A stretch of 64,000 bases of DNA from Patescibacteria group bacterium (GCA_041649575.1 JBAZMW010000004.1:21687-85686), one strand, 5' to 3'. Counted from the first letter of the stretch, positions 15,735 to 25,160 are shown. Made by a program: numbers and translations. The notes: a model not told the origin generated them from the letters alone.

Positions 15735-17264
15735 TTATCTGGCAAATTCAACCACCCGCTTTTCTCTAATAACATTGACTTTAATTTCGCCAGGATATTT
15801 GAGCTCGGCTTCGATTTTTTCGGCAATATTCTGGGCCATCTTGGCAGCGCCCAAATCATCAACTTGTTCCGGAGTGACGAAAACCCGAACCTCGCGGCCA
15901 GCTTGAATGGCATAAGCCTTTTCTACTCCAGCAAAACCCTTGGCAATGCCTTCCAGCTCTTCGAGCCGTTGCAGATAATTTTCGTAAGTATCCTTTCTGG
16001 CTCCAGGCCTGGCTCCAGAAATCGCGTCAGCCACTTTGACAATCACACCTTCTAAAGTGGTTGGTTTATCGCTATGATGCTCAAAAACCGGTTTGATAAT
16101 ATCTTCGCTAATACCAAACTTTTTACAAATATCACGGCCAATCTCCGGGTGTGTGCCTTGCACTTCATGATCGACGGCTTTGCCGATATCGTGCAGCAAG
16201 CCAGCTTTCTTGGCCACCGAAACATCGGCGCCCAATTCTTCGGCTAACAGCGCCGATAGATGCGCCACCTCGACGGAATGGTTTAGGATGTTTTGGCCGT
16301 AACTAGTGCGATACTTCAAACGGCCGACAATCTGAACCAGCTTGGGATCCAGGCCGGCCACGCCGACTTCGTAAACGGCGCTCTCACCGGCTTTCTTAAT
16401 ATCGGCGGCGATTTCTTTTTTGGCCTCGTTAATAGTCTCTTCTATTCTGGCGGGGTGGATCCGGCCGTCGAAAATGAGTTTTTCCACGGCCAGCTTGGCC
16501 ACCTGGCGCCTAATCGGACTGAAAGAAGAAAGAGTGATGGCTTGGGGCGTATCGTCGATAATCACTTCCACGCCAGTCAATTGTTCAATGGTCCTGATGT
16601 TTCTGCCTTCACGACCGATAATCCTGCCTTTCATCTCATCATTGGGTAAATCGACAACCGAGGAGGTGGTTTCCTGGGCATGAGAAGCGGCGCAACGCTC
16701 AATTACCGCAGATAAAATTTCCTTGGCCTTCCTCTCCAATTCTTCCGAGGCTTCGTATTCCAATTTTTTCAGACGATTGACCAAATTTTCGGCAATGACT
16801 TTTTCGACATTATCCAATAATACTTTTTCTGCCTCAGCCTTGGTCAAACCGGCAATTTTTTCCAGTTTAGCCAGCTGTTCTTCTTTAATCCGACCGATCT
16901 CTTCTTTAACTTGGCTAAGCCTGTCGGCCTTGTCAGCCAATTCCTGTTTTTTGTTTTCCAAATCCATCAACTTTTGATCGAAAAGCGCTTCTCTTTTTTC
17001 CAAACGACGCTTGGCGATCTCAGTTTCCTGTCTTAGTTGCCGAACATCGGTTTTGGCATCTTCCAAAACCTTGATCGATCTTTCCTGGGCATCGAGCAAA
17101 ATCTGTTTTTCTTTAGTACGGGCGTCGGCAATTAATTTTTTGACTCTGGCCTCAATGGTATCTTGGCGATTTTTGGCCCATAATCTTCTGGCCAGATAAC
17201 CAATCGCAAAACCGCCGACCAAAAAAATGACGGCCAGGATAAAATAGATGAATAAATTTTCCAT
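15735..17264 (-). CDS. rny: ribonuclease Y
   Basis: N-terminal TM helix, coiled coil, KH domain, and HD domain (LLHDIGKAVDHEVQGTH). Confidence 0.9.
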   Translation of the reverse strand: MENLFIYFILAVIFLVGGFAIGYLARRLWAKNRQDTIEARVKKLIADARTKEKQILLDAQERSIKVLEDAKTDVRQLRQETEIAKRRLEKREALFDQKLMDLENKKQELADKADRLSQVKEEIGRIKEEQLAKLEKIAGLTKAEAEKVLLDNVEKVIAENLVNRLKKLEYEASEELERKAKEILSAVIERCAASHAQETTSSVVDLPNDEMKGRIIGREGRNIRTIEQLTGVEVIIDDTPQAITLSSFSPIRRQVAKLAVEKLIFDGRIHPARIEETINEAKKEIAADIKKAGESAVYEVGVAGLDPKLVQIVGRLKYRTSYGQNILNHSVEVAHLSALLAEELGADVSVAKKAGLLHDIGKAVDHEVQGTHPEIGRDICKKFGISEDIIKPVFEHHSDKPTTLEGVIVKVADAISGARPGARKDTYENYLQRLEELEGIAKGFAGVEKAYAIQAGREVRVFVTPEQVDDLGAAKMAQNIAEKIEAELKYPGEIKVNVIREKRVVEFAR

Positions 17265-17531
17265 AAATTTCTCCGCTAGAAAGAGAAATTTAGCACGTTA
17301 AGAGTTTGGTTTTTTTAAACCAACTTAAAATCCAGAACGAGAGCGGTAACTTTTGATATGGGTATATCAAGAGTGAGAGATTCTAATTTATAACGGAAAT
17401 TAAACAGTTTCATGACAATGATATTTTTAGACAAACAATCAAAGCGGCTAAATTTCTACTTTTTAATTATTTTATTTAAGTATAGACAGTATAGCACAAA
17501 ACCAAAAATCAGTCAAATTATAACCAAAACC

Positions 17532-18107
17532 CTACTTTACAATCTTATCGATCAGACCGTAATCCAAAGCCTCCGCTGCCGACATAAATTTGTCACGATC
17601 GGTGTCTCTCTCAATTTGCGTCAGAGTGCGCGAAGTGTGCTTAACCAAAATTTTATCTAATTTTTCTTTGACTTTCAAAATATGCTCGGCGCGAATCTTG
17701 ATGTCAATGGCCTGACCCTCGGCTCCACCCATCACCTGGTGAATCATGATCTCGCTGTTTGGCAAAGCCAAGCGCTTACTTTTAGCGCCGCCGGCCAAAA
17801 CTATCGCCGCCATACTGCCGGCCAGACCGACGCAAATAGTGGAGACGTCGGCTTTGACATATTGCATGGTGTCATAAATAGCCAAACCGGCAGAAACCGA
17901 GCCGCCCGGAGAATTGATATAAAGCTTGATATCCTGATCTTTGTCTTCGCTGTCCAAAAACAACAACTGGGCAATGACGGTATTGGCCACCGCATCGTCG
18001 ATAGGCGAACCCAAAAAAATTATCCGGTCTTTTAATAATCGCGAATAGATATCATAAGCCCGTTCGCCTAAATGGGTTTTCTCTAAAACAGTGGGGATTA
18101 AATACAT
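17532..18107 (-). CDS. clpP: ATP-dependent Clp protease proteolytic subunit
   Basis: Ser-His-Asp triad context ([10 protein letters not shown] ... MIHQ); 191 aa. Confidence 0.9.
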   Translation of the reverse strand: MYLIPTVLEKTHLGERAYDIYSRLLKDRIIFLGSPIDDAVANTVIAQLLFLDSEDKDQDIKLYINSPGGSVSAGLAIYDTMQYVKADVSTICVGLAGSMAAIVLAGGAKSKRLALPNSEIMIHQVMGGAEGQAIDIKIRAEHILKVKEKLDKILVKHTSRTLTQIERDTDRDKFMSAAEALDYGLIDKIVK

Positions 18108-18156
18108 ATACTTATAAATTTAATTCTAAAATCACACTATCATCTTAATACTTTTG

Positions 18157-19107
18157 TCATGGTTTGACAATCAGCCGGCCGGCGGCCTCTTTTAAGGCCC
18201 AGGGCAGATGGAAGCCGGCGGCTTTTTTGTGGCCGCCGCCGCCAAAAAATCCGGCCAACCTGCTTAAATCAACATCTTCGCGCGTGGTTCGCAGGCTGAC
18301 CTTGGTGTTGTTGGCATTAATACGAAAAAAAATTGCTCCTCTGACGTTACTTAAAGAATTTAAAAAATTAACAAAGCCGTCAATCTCTTCTTCGCTAACA
18401 TGATACCTTTTGAGCTCCTCCTCCTGAATATAGGTATAGACCAATTCCAGTCGACGATTGAAAGCCAGGCGAGACAAAATTAACCCCCACAATCTCAAGC
18501 CTTCGAGGGATTTATTTTTAAAAACATTCTCGGTGATTTTGCTGATCTGGGCGCCACTCTTCAACAGCTGGGCCGCTGCGCTGATAGCAAAAGCAGTGGT
18601 AGCCGAATTGCTAAAGCCACTGGTATCGTTTAGAATGCCGCACAACAAACAAGTGGCTACTTGGCGATCGATCTTAAAGCCAACCGCCAGAAAAAATTTA
18701 TAAACCAGTTCACAGGTGGAGCTGGCTTTTTCATCAACCAAGTTTAGATCGCCAAATTTATTATTGGTGAAGTGATGATCCATATTAACCACCTTCAACC
18801 CCCGCCCTTTTAAATCCCTGACACCAGTATAGTCCCAGGCACCGGAGTCTAAAACCACCACCAAATCCCAAGGTTCGTCCAGTAACGAAAAATCGCTTTT
18901 TAACTCCTCCACGTAGGGCAAAAAATTAAAATAAGAAGGCCACAGATCAATCACCAGGCCCTCGGCCCTCTTGCCTTGGCGGCGCAAATAAACCAGCAGG
19001 CTCAAAATTGAACCTAGGGCGTCGCCATCGGGCTTACGGTGAGTGATAAGCAGAATCTTCCGCGAGCCGGAAAAATATTCATTCAATTGTTCTAAAGCAT
19101 GATCCAT
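18157..19107 (-). CDS. nrnA: DHH/DHHA1 phosphoesterase (nanoRNase NrnA-like)
   Basis: HRKPDGDALGS, MDHH and GGGGHKKAAGF motifs. Confidence 0.8.
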   Translation of the reverse strand: MDHALEQLNEYFSGSRKILLITHRKPDGDALGSILSLLVYLRRQGKRAEGLVIDLWPSYFNFLPYVEELKSDFSLLDEPWDLVVVLDSGAWDYTGVRDLKGRGLKVVNMDHHFTNNKFGDLNLVDEKASSTCELVYKFFLAVGFKIDRQVATCLLCGILNDTSGFSNSATTAFAISAAAQLLKSGAQISKITENVFKNKSLEGLRLWGLILSRLAFNRRLELVYTYIQEEELKRYHVSEEEIDGFVNFLNSLSNVRGAIFFRINANNTKVSLRTTREDVDLSRLAGFFGGGGHKKAAGFHLPWALKEAAGRLIVKP

Positions 19108-19228
19108 ATTTTTTAAACCTGATTGGGTAATCTTTAACTATAGACGGAAAAAATAATTCTGTCAATACTAAAACAAAAAATTCCCTTGAGGGAATTTCCT
19201 TTGGCCAAATTTAAATATTAATTTTAAC

Positions 19229-19561
19229 CTACTGCAAATTATCCAGTAAATGCTCGATTGCCACCGCTTTGCTTTCGGTTTCATCCAGAAAAAAAATTAA
19301 ACGAGGTATGCTTCTTAAAACGATCTTTTCGTTTATCAAACGCCGAAATTCTTTAGCTCCTCTGATCAGAATTTTCATCGCTTCTTGCTTGGCGCTTTCC
19401 GGAAAAACACTAACATAAATCCGGGCCGACTTGAGATCAATGGAAGTTTGCACTTTGGTAATCGTCACCAGACTGCCCAGAGGAAACTCCGCTTCGCTCG
19501 ACAGAATTTGGCCCAACTGCTGCTTGATTAGTTCGTTAACTTTCACTATCCTTTCGGACAT
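19229..19561 (-). CDS. rbfA: ribosome-binding factor A
   Basis: RbfA KH-like fold signature (RIYVSVF ... IPRLIFFLDE); sits immediately downstream of infB. Confidence 0.85.
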   Translation of the reverse strand: MSERIVKVNELIKQQLGQILSSEAEFPLGSLVTITKVQTSIDLKSARIYVSVFPESAKQEAMKILIRGAKEFRRLINEKIVLRSIPRLIFFLDETESKAVAIEHLLDNLQ

Positions 19562-19566
19562 AAAAT

Positions 19567-21549
19567 TTAAACACTTTTGGCTTCCTGATAGAATTCCAGA
19601 ACGTCACCGACTTCAATGGCCGCTTTGCCTTCAAAATTAATGCCGCATTCCTGGCCGCTGTGCACCTTGTCCACCGCCTGCCGCGAGCATTCCAGACGAT
19701 TCACTTTGCCGGAAGCCACTGGCGCGCCGCCGCGCGTGACGATCACCGTGTCGCAGACAAAGATGCCACCGTCAATAACCCGGCCGCCGACAATCATGCT
19801 GCCGGCTTCGCGACGAAAAACTTTCAAAATTTCGAGTTGGCCAATTAGTTTTCTGACGACTTCTTTTTCCTTTAAGCTTTCTATTTCTTTTTTGGTGTCC
19901 TCGATTAAGTGATAAATAACTTGGTAGGTTTTTATGGTCACGCCCTTGTCTCTGGCCAGATCAGCCACTTGGACGCTGGGCTTGACATGAAAGCCAATGA
20001 CTTTGGCCTTGGTGGCTTCGGCTTTTAAAATATCGGCTTCGGTGATAATGCCCAGACCCTTGCCGATAATCTTGATTTTCACCTCGGCGGTTTCCAGTTT
20101 GGCCAAACTTTCTATAATCGCCTCGACCGAACCCAGGACATCGGCCTTGATTACCAAATTAATATATTTGGCTTGACTGTCGGTTTCTGTTTCGCGCGTA
20201 TGAGTTGAAAAATCTTTTTCTTGATTAATCCGGTGTTGTTTGACGTCTTTGGTTAAATCCTTGGCGCTGTCAGCTACGGCCAAAATACTGCCAACCGCCG
20301 GCGCGATTTTCAGTCCCAAAATTTTGGCGGGCGTGCTGGGTGCGGCGGCGGTTATGGTTTCGCCTTTATGATTTTTCAAACCGCGGACCTTGCCGTAGAA
20401 AGTATTGTCCATGCTTAAGATATCACCAATTTTTAGAGTACCTTTCTGCACCAAAATCGTCGCTACCGGCCCCTCGCCTTTGTCGATATGAGACTCGATT
20501 ATCGTTCCCACAGCCAAGCCCGACGGATCGGAAAAAATGTTTTCTTTTTCCATTTCCGCCACCAGCAAAATGGTTTCCAACAGATCATCGATGCCCAAAA
20601 ACGCTTTGGCCGAAACCGGCACGCAAATCACCCGACCGCCCCAATCTTCGGACAACAAATTCAAGGCGGCTAAATCCTGTTTGACTTTTTCGATATTAGC
20701 CTCGGGCTTGTCGATTTTATTAATAGCCACGATAAAAGGCAACTTATTGTCCTGAATGATTTTAATCGCCTCTTTGGTCTGCGGCCGAACGCCATCGTCG
20801 GCGGCAATTACCAAAATAGCGATATCGGCTACCCGCGCCCCGCGACTGCGCATGGCGGTAAAAGCTTCGTGACCAGGAGTATCAATAAAGGTTATCGGGC
20901 AATCTTTTTTGTGAACCTGATAGGCGCCAATATGCTGGGTGATACCGCCGCTCTCGCTGGCTACCACGTCGGTTTTTCTAATTGCGTCCAGAATTTTGGT
21001 CTTACCGTGATCGACATGGCCCATGACCACCACTACCGGCGGCCGGCTTTGGCAGTTAATGGTTTTTTCTTTTAGCACTCCTTCCAGCTTCTGCTGATTG
21101 GAGGAACTCGCTTTATTAAAAGCCTGGTCATCGGCTACAATTTTAAAACCCAGCTCTTCACCGACGATTGAAGCGGTATCAAAATCGATCCTCTCGTTCA
21201 TGGAAGTCAAAACGCCGTTTTTCATCAATTCCACCAAAACCTTATTGACCGGCAAATTCAACAGAGCGGCAAATTCCCGCACAACGATAACCGAAGGAAG
21301 GCGCACTTCTATGATTTTTTCTTCAACCGGCTCCGAATTTTCTTTGCCGGCTTCTCCGCGAATTTCCGCTATCCGAGAAATTTCTCGTTCATGTTTGACC
21401 TGGCTTTTCCAGGCCTCGATTATTTTATTGGCGATCCGGTCGTCTACCTTGATAGCGCGCCGGCCGATGTCAAAACCCAAAGCCGGCAGTTTGTCAAACA
21501 GCTCGGAAGTGGTCACTTTAAATTGTCTTGCCAGCTCGGTAACGTTCAT
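19567..21549 (-). CDS. infB: translation initiation factor IF-2 (short form)
   Basis: G domain VVVVMGHVDHGKT, DTPGHEAF, NKID; C-terminal beta-barrels. Confidence 0.9.
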   Translation of the reverse strand: MNVTELARQFKVTTSELFDKLPALGFDIGRRAIKVDDRIANKIIEAWKSQVKHEREISRIAEIRGEAGKENSEPVEEKIIEVRLPSVIVVREFAALLNLPVNKVLVELMKNGVLTSMNERIDFDTASIVGEELGFKIVADDQAFNKASSSNQQKLEGVLKEKTINCQSRPPVVVVMGHVDHGKTKILDAIRKTDVVASESGGITQHIGAYQVHKKDCPITFIDTPGHEAFTAMRSRGARVADIAILVIAADDGVRPQTKEAIKIIQDNKLPFIVAINKIDKPEANIEKVKQDLAALNLLSEDWGGRVICVPVSAKAFLGIDDLLETILLVAEMEKENIFSDPSGLAVGTIIESHIDKGEGPVATILVQKGTLKIGDILSMDNTFYGKVRGLKNHKGETITAAAPSTPAKILGLKIAPAVGSILAVADSAKDLTKDVKQHRINQEKDFSTHTRETETDSQAKYINLVIKADVLGSVEAIIESLAKLETAEVKIKIIGKGLGIITEADILKAEATKAKVIGFHVKPSVQVADLARDKGVTIKTYQVIYHLIEDTKKEIESLKEKEVVRKLIGQLEILKVFRREAGSMIVGGRVIDGGIFVCDTVIVTRGGAPVASGKVNRLECSRQAVDKVHSGQECGINFEGKAAIEVGDVLEFYQEAKSV

Positions 21550-21625
21550 AAATTTTTTACTTAATATAATCTACCATAAAATCCATATTTTTTCAAGGAT
21601 TTATCAAAAAATAAATGACGCCCGT

Positions 21626-21660
21626 GTTCAGCACACAGGCGTCGAAACCTCCATAAACGA
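21626..21660 (-). terminator. intrinsic terminator downstream of pilM
   Basis: On the minus strand: GACGCCTGTGTGCTGAACACGGGCGTCATTTATTTTTTG. Confidence 0.6.
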
Positions 21661-21679
21661 ATCGCTTGTCGCGACCGGA

Positions 21680-22789
21680 CTACGCCAGGTTGATGTTGAT
21701 CTCGGCTCGTCCCAAAGCGGCCAAGGCCAGACCCAGAACGGTAGCAGCGGCATACGGCCGTTCCAAGAACACTGTGGAGCCGGAACTCATGCCGGCGAGC
21801 GGGTCAACCAGACGCACCTCCCTGCCAAACGCCCGCTGGAAGTACAGCGCGATGTTGCGTAAGCGCACGCCACCGCCTGTCAACAGGAACCGGTCCACCT
21901 CGCCGCCACCAGGCAACGAGCGGAAGTAAGCCAAGGAATCTTTGACTTCCGTGACCAGCCGGCTAAGCACCGGGCCGGTCGCTTCGCCCATCTTACCATC
22001 GCTGCTGACATCGCTGGTTGGAACGAAGCCTTGCTCGAGCTTCATGGCTTCCGCCTCCAAGAAAGGCACACCGAAAGCATTGCCGATCGCCGCGGTAACG
22101 TCGTTGCCGGCTAGGTGCAGCGGCCGCGTATAAGCGAATTGACCGCCCCTCTCTATTACCAGGTTGGTCGTGTTGGCGCCCAGGTCGAGCACGGCGACGC
22201 ACTCATCCGCGTGTCCCAATTCGCCGATATGCCTCAACCAGTCATAGAGCGCCACCGACGCGGGGATGCAGGCTATCGGATTGACCAGTTCTAGAGGCAA
22301 AGGCGCCAGGTGAGCATTCAGCGCATCTCGCTTGATAGCGGCCATCATAACCTGGTATCCCTTTTCCTTGGCGTCCGCCCCGCAGAGGAGCCCGCTCGTG
22401 TCCGTTGTGGGAAAAAGGTGATATCCCAGGCGAATCTGGTCGAGCTTGAATGGTATCTGTTGCTGAAGTTCATACCGCACGATCTTGTCGATTCTCTTCC
22501 TTGGAATCGGTGGCAGGAACCTGGTCCGAGTGAAAACCGAGCGGCCTGGCACTCCAACCACTGCTGGCTGACGCCAGAAGTGAAGACGATTGCCAATGCC
22601 CATTTCAGCCAGTAGTTCTTCCAGCGCCTGCCGCTTCTTGGCCCGCTTGTCGGCTTCATCGGCCAAGGGATCAAGTAGGTACTCCTTGAGGCCGAAACGA
22701 GACAGCCGCAGCATGGTGCCGGCACCACGCTCTAGTTCGCACACACGAACCTCGCTGGTACCGATGTCAACAGCAATCCTTCTAAACAT
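21680..22789 (-). CDS. pilM: type IV pilus assembly protein PilM (actin-like ATPase), orphan and GC-rich (about 58%)
   Basis: VDIGTSEVR N-terminus; PilM-like blocks (VGVPGRSVFTR ... IPFKLDQIRLGY ... VLDLGANTTNL ... LTGGG). Confidence 0.65.
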   Translation of the reverse strand: MFRRIAVDIGTSEVRVCELERGAGTMLRLSRFGLKEYLLDPLADEADKRAKKRQALEELLAEMGIGNRLHFWRQPAVVGVPGRSVFTRTRFLPPIPRKRIDKIVRYELQQQIPFKLDQIRLGYHLFPTTDTSGLLCGADAKEKGYQVMMAAIKRDALNAHLAPLPLELVNPIACIPASVALYDWLRHIGELGHADECVAVLDLGANTTNLVIERGGQFAYTRPLHLAGNDVTAAIGNAFGVPFLEAEAMKLEQGFVPTSDVSSDGKMGEATGPVLSRLVTEVKDSLAYFRSLPGGGEVDRFLLTGGGVRLRNIALYFQRAFGREVRLVDPLAGMSSGSTVFLERPYAAATVLGLALAALGRAEININLA

Positions 22790-22923
22790 GGGGGATCCCT
22801 CCAGTTGGTTTTACACATGTACTGACCAGAGATTAACAAAAATCATGTCGACCTGTCAATTTTATGACAAAGCCAACCAATTGAAAAAAAGATGTTTTTT
22901 TGCTATGCTAGCATTAGTTATTT

Positions 22924-22994
22924 GGCCTGATAGCCAAGTGGTAAGGCAACGGTCTGCAAAACCGTTATCGCGGGTTCGAATCCCGCTCAGGCCT
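22924..22994 (+). tRNA. tRNA-Cys (anticodon GCA)
   Basis: GGCCTGA/TCAGGCC acceptor, anticodon loop CTGCAAA, T-arm GCGGGTTCGAATCCCGC, discriminator U. Confidence 0.85.
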
Positions 22995-22999
22995 AAATA

Positions 23000-23034
23000 A
23001 AAACAGAGACCATCTTGGTCTCTGTTTTTATTGG
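23000..23034. terminator. bidirectional intrinsic terminator
   Basis: AAAAACAGAGACC-atctt-GGTCTCTGTTTTTATT. Confidence 0.65.
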
Positions 23035-23042
23035 TAATACTT

Positions 23043-23615
23043 TTAATAAATTTCCGCTTCCACATACTTGACGCCAAATTGCTTGGCCGCCTCGCGGCTG
23101 GACATCCAAACGTCAATGTAATAATGATAACGAGGATTCATCCGATCTTCGACACTGAAAACCCGATCACCAAAAATTTCCGGCAACTTGATTTTGGTGC
23201 CAAAAGGCAAAAAGTTGGTGGCGACAATTCCGTCCTTAACCCGGCTGCCATTGGCAGTGGTAAAAGGGTCACTATCGCACTGATCAACGGTTGAAGAGTA
23301 GGCGGTAACCGTTACCTTGACCCTGCGCTTGGGCCGGTTCCAGTCGGCCAAAACCAGTCTGGCCGAAAAGTCGGTTTCATCTTTGGCGTTAAAAATAACC
23401 TTTTCTTGGGAATTAGCCAAAGCCAATATGCTCTCTTGAGGGGTGGTTTGGCTAAAATCAACCGAATAGGCATGAGAGTACTGCGGAAACAGCAACTGAA
23501 AAGTAAAAATCAGAACAGCAACTATTAGTACTTTTTTCTCTAAATTTAAAGTAAAATTGTAAATTTGTTTTTTCATATATTTATTAACTTCCGGAAATAA
23601 AAACCACCCTAGCAT
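23043..23615 (-). CDS. 3D-domain (MltA/YabE-like) cell-wall-associated protein with N-terminal signal/TM
   Basis: C-terminal 3D-domain block (VTAYSS ... DSDP ... TANG ... IVATN ... PFGT). Confidence 0.65.
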   Translation of the reverse strand: MLGWFLFPEVNKYMKKQIYNFTLNLEKKVLIVAVLIFTFQLLFPQYSHAYSVDFSQTTPQESILALANSQEKVIFNAKDETDFSARLVLADWNRPKRRVKVTVTAYSSTVDQCDSDPFTTANGSRVKDGIVATNFLPFGTKIKLPEIFGDRVFSVEDRMNPRYHYYIDVWMSSREAAKQFGVKYVEAEIY

Positions 23616-23928
23616 TGTAGGGTGACCTTTCCAGACTTAACGAGTCATTATATCAAACAAAAAACTTTTTGTCAATGATTTTGTGCCTGTTTTTTATATT
23701 TTTTCGGCTAAAATTAGACAAAATTAATTAATTGAAAAATGTTTTTTATTTAAATTTAGATAAAAAAACAGTGTCTTTCAGTTGTTGCCAACCAAAAGAC
23801 ACCGAAACACAAACGCGCACGGAAGACAGTTCAGAACCAAGCGCGATAACCAACGTCTTGCGTGATCATCCTGATAGTCCCCTCCTGCCGCCCTCCCTCT
23901 CCATATCCTTGGCACCACTGATGATCTG

Positions 23929-24367
23929 TTAGACCTGGGCGGCCTTGCGAAAACGAAGTTGCTCCACGGTGATGCCCAGAGACCTGGCTTCGGCAGCATC
24001 GCTCTTCTGCCTGCCGAGGCTGTTTGCGGCTTTGCGGGCCTTGGCCTTGGCCACGTTGACGGTTGTTCGTTGACTGGTCAAAAACGGCCGATAGTCATAC
24101 TTGCTGCGCTGCCCGCCGGAACGTAACGAACCCGCTCCGCCTTTAGCGCTGGAGGATTGACCGACCCCCCCCCTGCTGATGTTTGGGGACAGACGTCGAG
24201 GCGTTGGTCGCTGAAGCATGTGCTCGATTGCCCATGTATCTCTTGTGGCGACTTTTTCCGTCGTCGCCGGAACGGTCACCTTTCCCTTTCCTGGCCATGG
24301 CTGTTCCTTTCCGCACGGAGTGCTCCAAACAAGACAAACAGAATGTACATGCAAAAAAACTTATCAC
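23929..24367 (-). pseudogene. small Lys/Arg/Gly-rich protein gene (KGG-repeat stress-protein-like?) interrupted by a frameshift at a G10 homopolymer
   Basis: RBS AGGAA followed by ATG at 24300 (MARKGKGDRSGDDGK ...); the frame ends 15 codons past the (G)10 run at 24167-24176 and a protein-like frame (...SAKGGAGSLRSGGQRSKYDY...) continues at -1; about 60% GC. Confidence 0.35.
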
Positions 24368-24485
24368 AACAGATAAAAATAGTCAATTTGATTTATCTCG
24401 CTAACCCGTTTAATTCCAGTTCTTTTCTATAACAAAAATAATCACCAAAAAGGTGATTATTTTTTGCTAAGCGGGTAACGGGAAT

Positions 24486-24633
24486 TACGCGTCGCTCCCT
24501 GCCTACCGGTAGGCAGGCGCTCCTTGCCCTGGGTTGGCAGCAGACCTGCCACCGGCAGGTCTGCTGACGTTCGACCTCATCACTTCGTGATTTGTCTCAC
24601 TGCCAACCCGTTCGATTCCCGTTAATTTCTGTT
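24486..24633 (-). repeat. 148-bp GC-rich hairpin-rich insert between tRNA-Gly and a duplicated copy of its 3' end
   Basis: 17-bp direct repeats AAGCGGGTAACGGGAAT at 24469-24485 and 24634-24650; insert holds palindromes CCTGCCTACCGGTAGGCAGG, CAGCAGACCTGCC-acc-GGCAGGTCTGCTG and GGGTTGGCAG/CTGCCAACCC. Confidence 0.65.
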
Positions 24634-24634
24634 A

Positions 24635-24709
24635 AGCGGGTAACGGGAATCGAACCCGTATTTCCACCTTGGAAGGGTGGCATAATAACCATTATACTAT
24701 ACCCGCGCT
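24635..24709 (-). tRNA. tRNA-Gly (anticodon UCC)
   Basis: Minus strand: GCGGGTA ... CCACC-CTTCCAA-GGTGG ... ACGGGTTCGATTCCCGT-TACCCGC-T. Confidence 0.8.
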
Positions 24710-24723
24710 TATTTGCTTCTTGG

Positions 24724-24794
24724 TCGGGGTGCGGAGAATTGAACTCCGGCTACATGCACCCCATGCATGCGTACTACCGTTATACTACACCCCG
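24724..24794 (-). tRNA. tRNA-Pro (anticodon GGG)
   Basis: Minus strand: CGGGGTG-TA-GTATAACGGTAGTAC-G-CATGC-ATGGGGT-GCATG-TAGC-CGGAGTTCAATTCTCCG-CACCCCG-A. Confidence 0.8.
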
Positions 24795-24837
24795 TAAAAC
24801 TAATTTATTGTATACTTAATAAAAAATGTCTCGTTAT

Positions 24838-24880
24838 GTCGGGGTGACAGGACTTGAACCTGCGACCTCTTACTCCTTCA
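24838..24880 (-). pseudogene. tRNA-like 3' fragment (T-arm + acceptor 3' strand), 3' half of an outer tRNA-like gene enclosing tRNA-Pro(UGG)
   Basis: Minus strand: TGAAGGAGTAAGAGGTC-GCAGGTTCAAGTCCTGT-CACCCCG-ACA; no D or anticodon arm immediately upstream. Confidence 0.55.
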
Positions 24881-24896
24881 CCCTGTTAAATAATTG

Positions 24897-24970
24897 TCGG
24901 AGTAGTGGGATTTGAACCCACGATCTCCTGCTCCCAAAGCAGGCGCGATAGCCAGCTTCGCTATACTCCG
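24897..24970 (-). tRNA. tRNA-Pro (anticodon UGG)
   Basis: Minus strand: CGGAGTA-TA-GCGAAGCTGGCTATCGC-G-CCTGC-TTTGGGA-GCAGG-AGATC-GTGGGTTCAAATCCCAC-TACTCCG-A. Confidence 0.8.
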
Positions 24971-24979
24971 GTAATTTAA

Positions 24980-25021
24980 CAGGGCGAGAAGCAAGCGCTC
25001 TAGCCAACTGAGCTACACCCC
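24980..25021 (-). pseudogene. tRNA-like 5' half (acceptor + D-arm + 5' strand of a long helix), 5' half of the outer tRNA-like gene
   Basis: Minus strand: GGGGTGT-AG-CTCAGTTGGCTAGAGC-G-CTTGCTTCTCG-CCCTG; acceptor GGGGTGT is complementary to CACCCC at 24843-24848. Confidence 0.55.
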
Positions 25022-25088
25022 GTATTAAAACAAACAATCAACAACGATGAGCGCATTGTCAATTGCAAATCGTTAACTGTTTTGAGTA

Positions 25089-25160
25089 TGCCGAGGGCGA
25101 GAATCGGACTCGCGACACAAAGATTTTCAGTCTTCTGCTCTACCACTGAGCTACCTCGGC
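25089..25160 (-). tRNA. tRNA-Phe (anticodon GAA)
   Basis: Minus strand: GCCGAGG-TA-GCTCAGTGGTAGAGC-A-GAAGA-CTGAAAA-TCTTT-GTGTC-GCGAGTCCGATTCTCGC-CCTCGGC-A. Confidence 0.85.
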
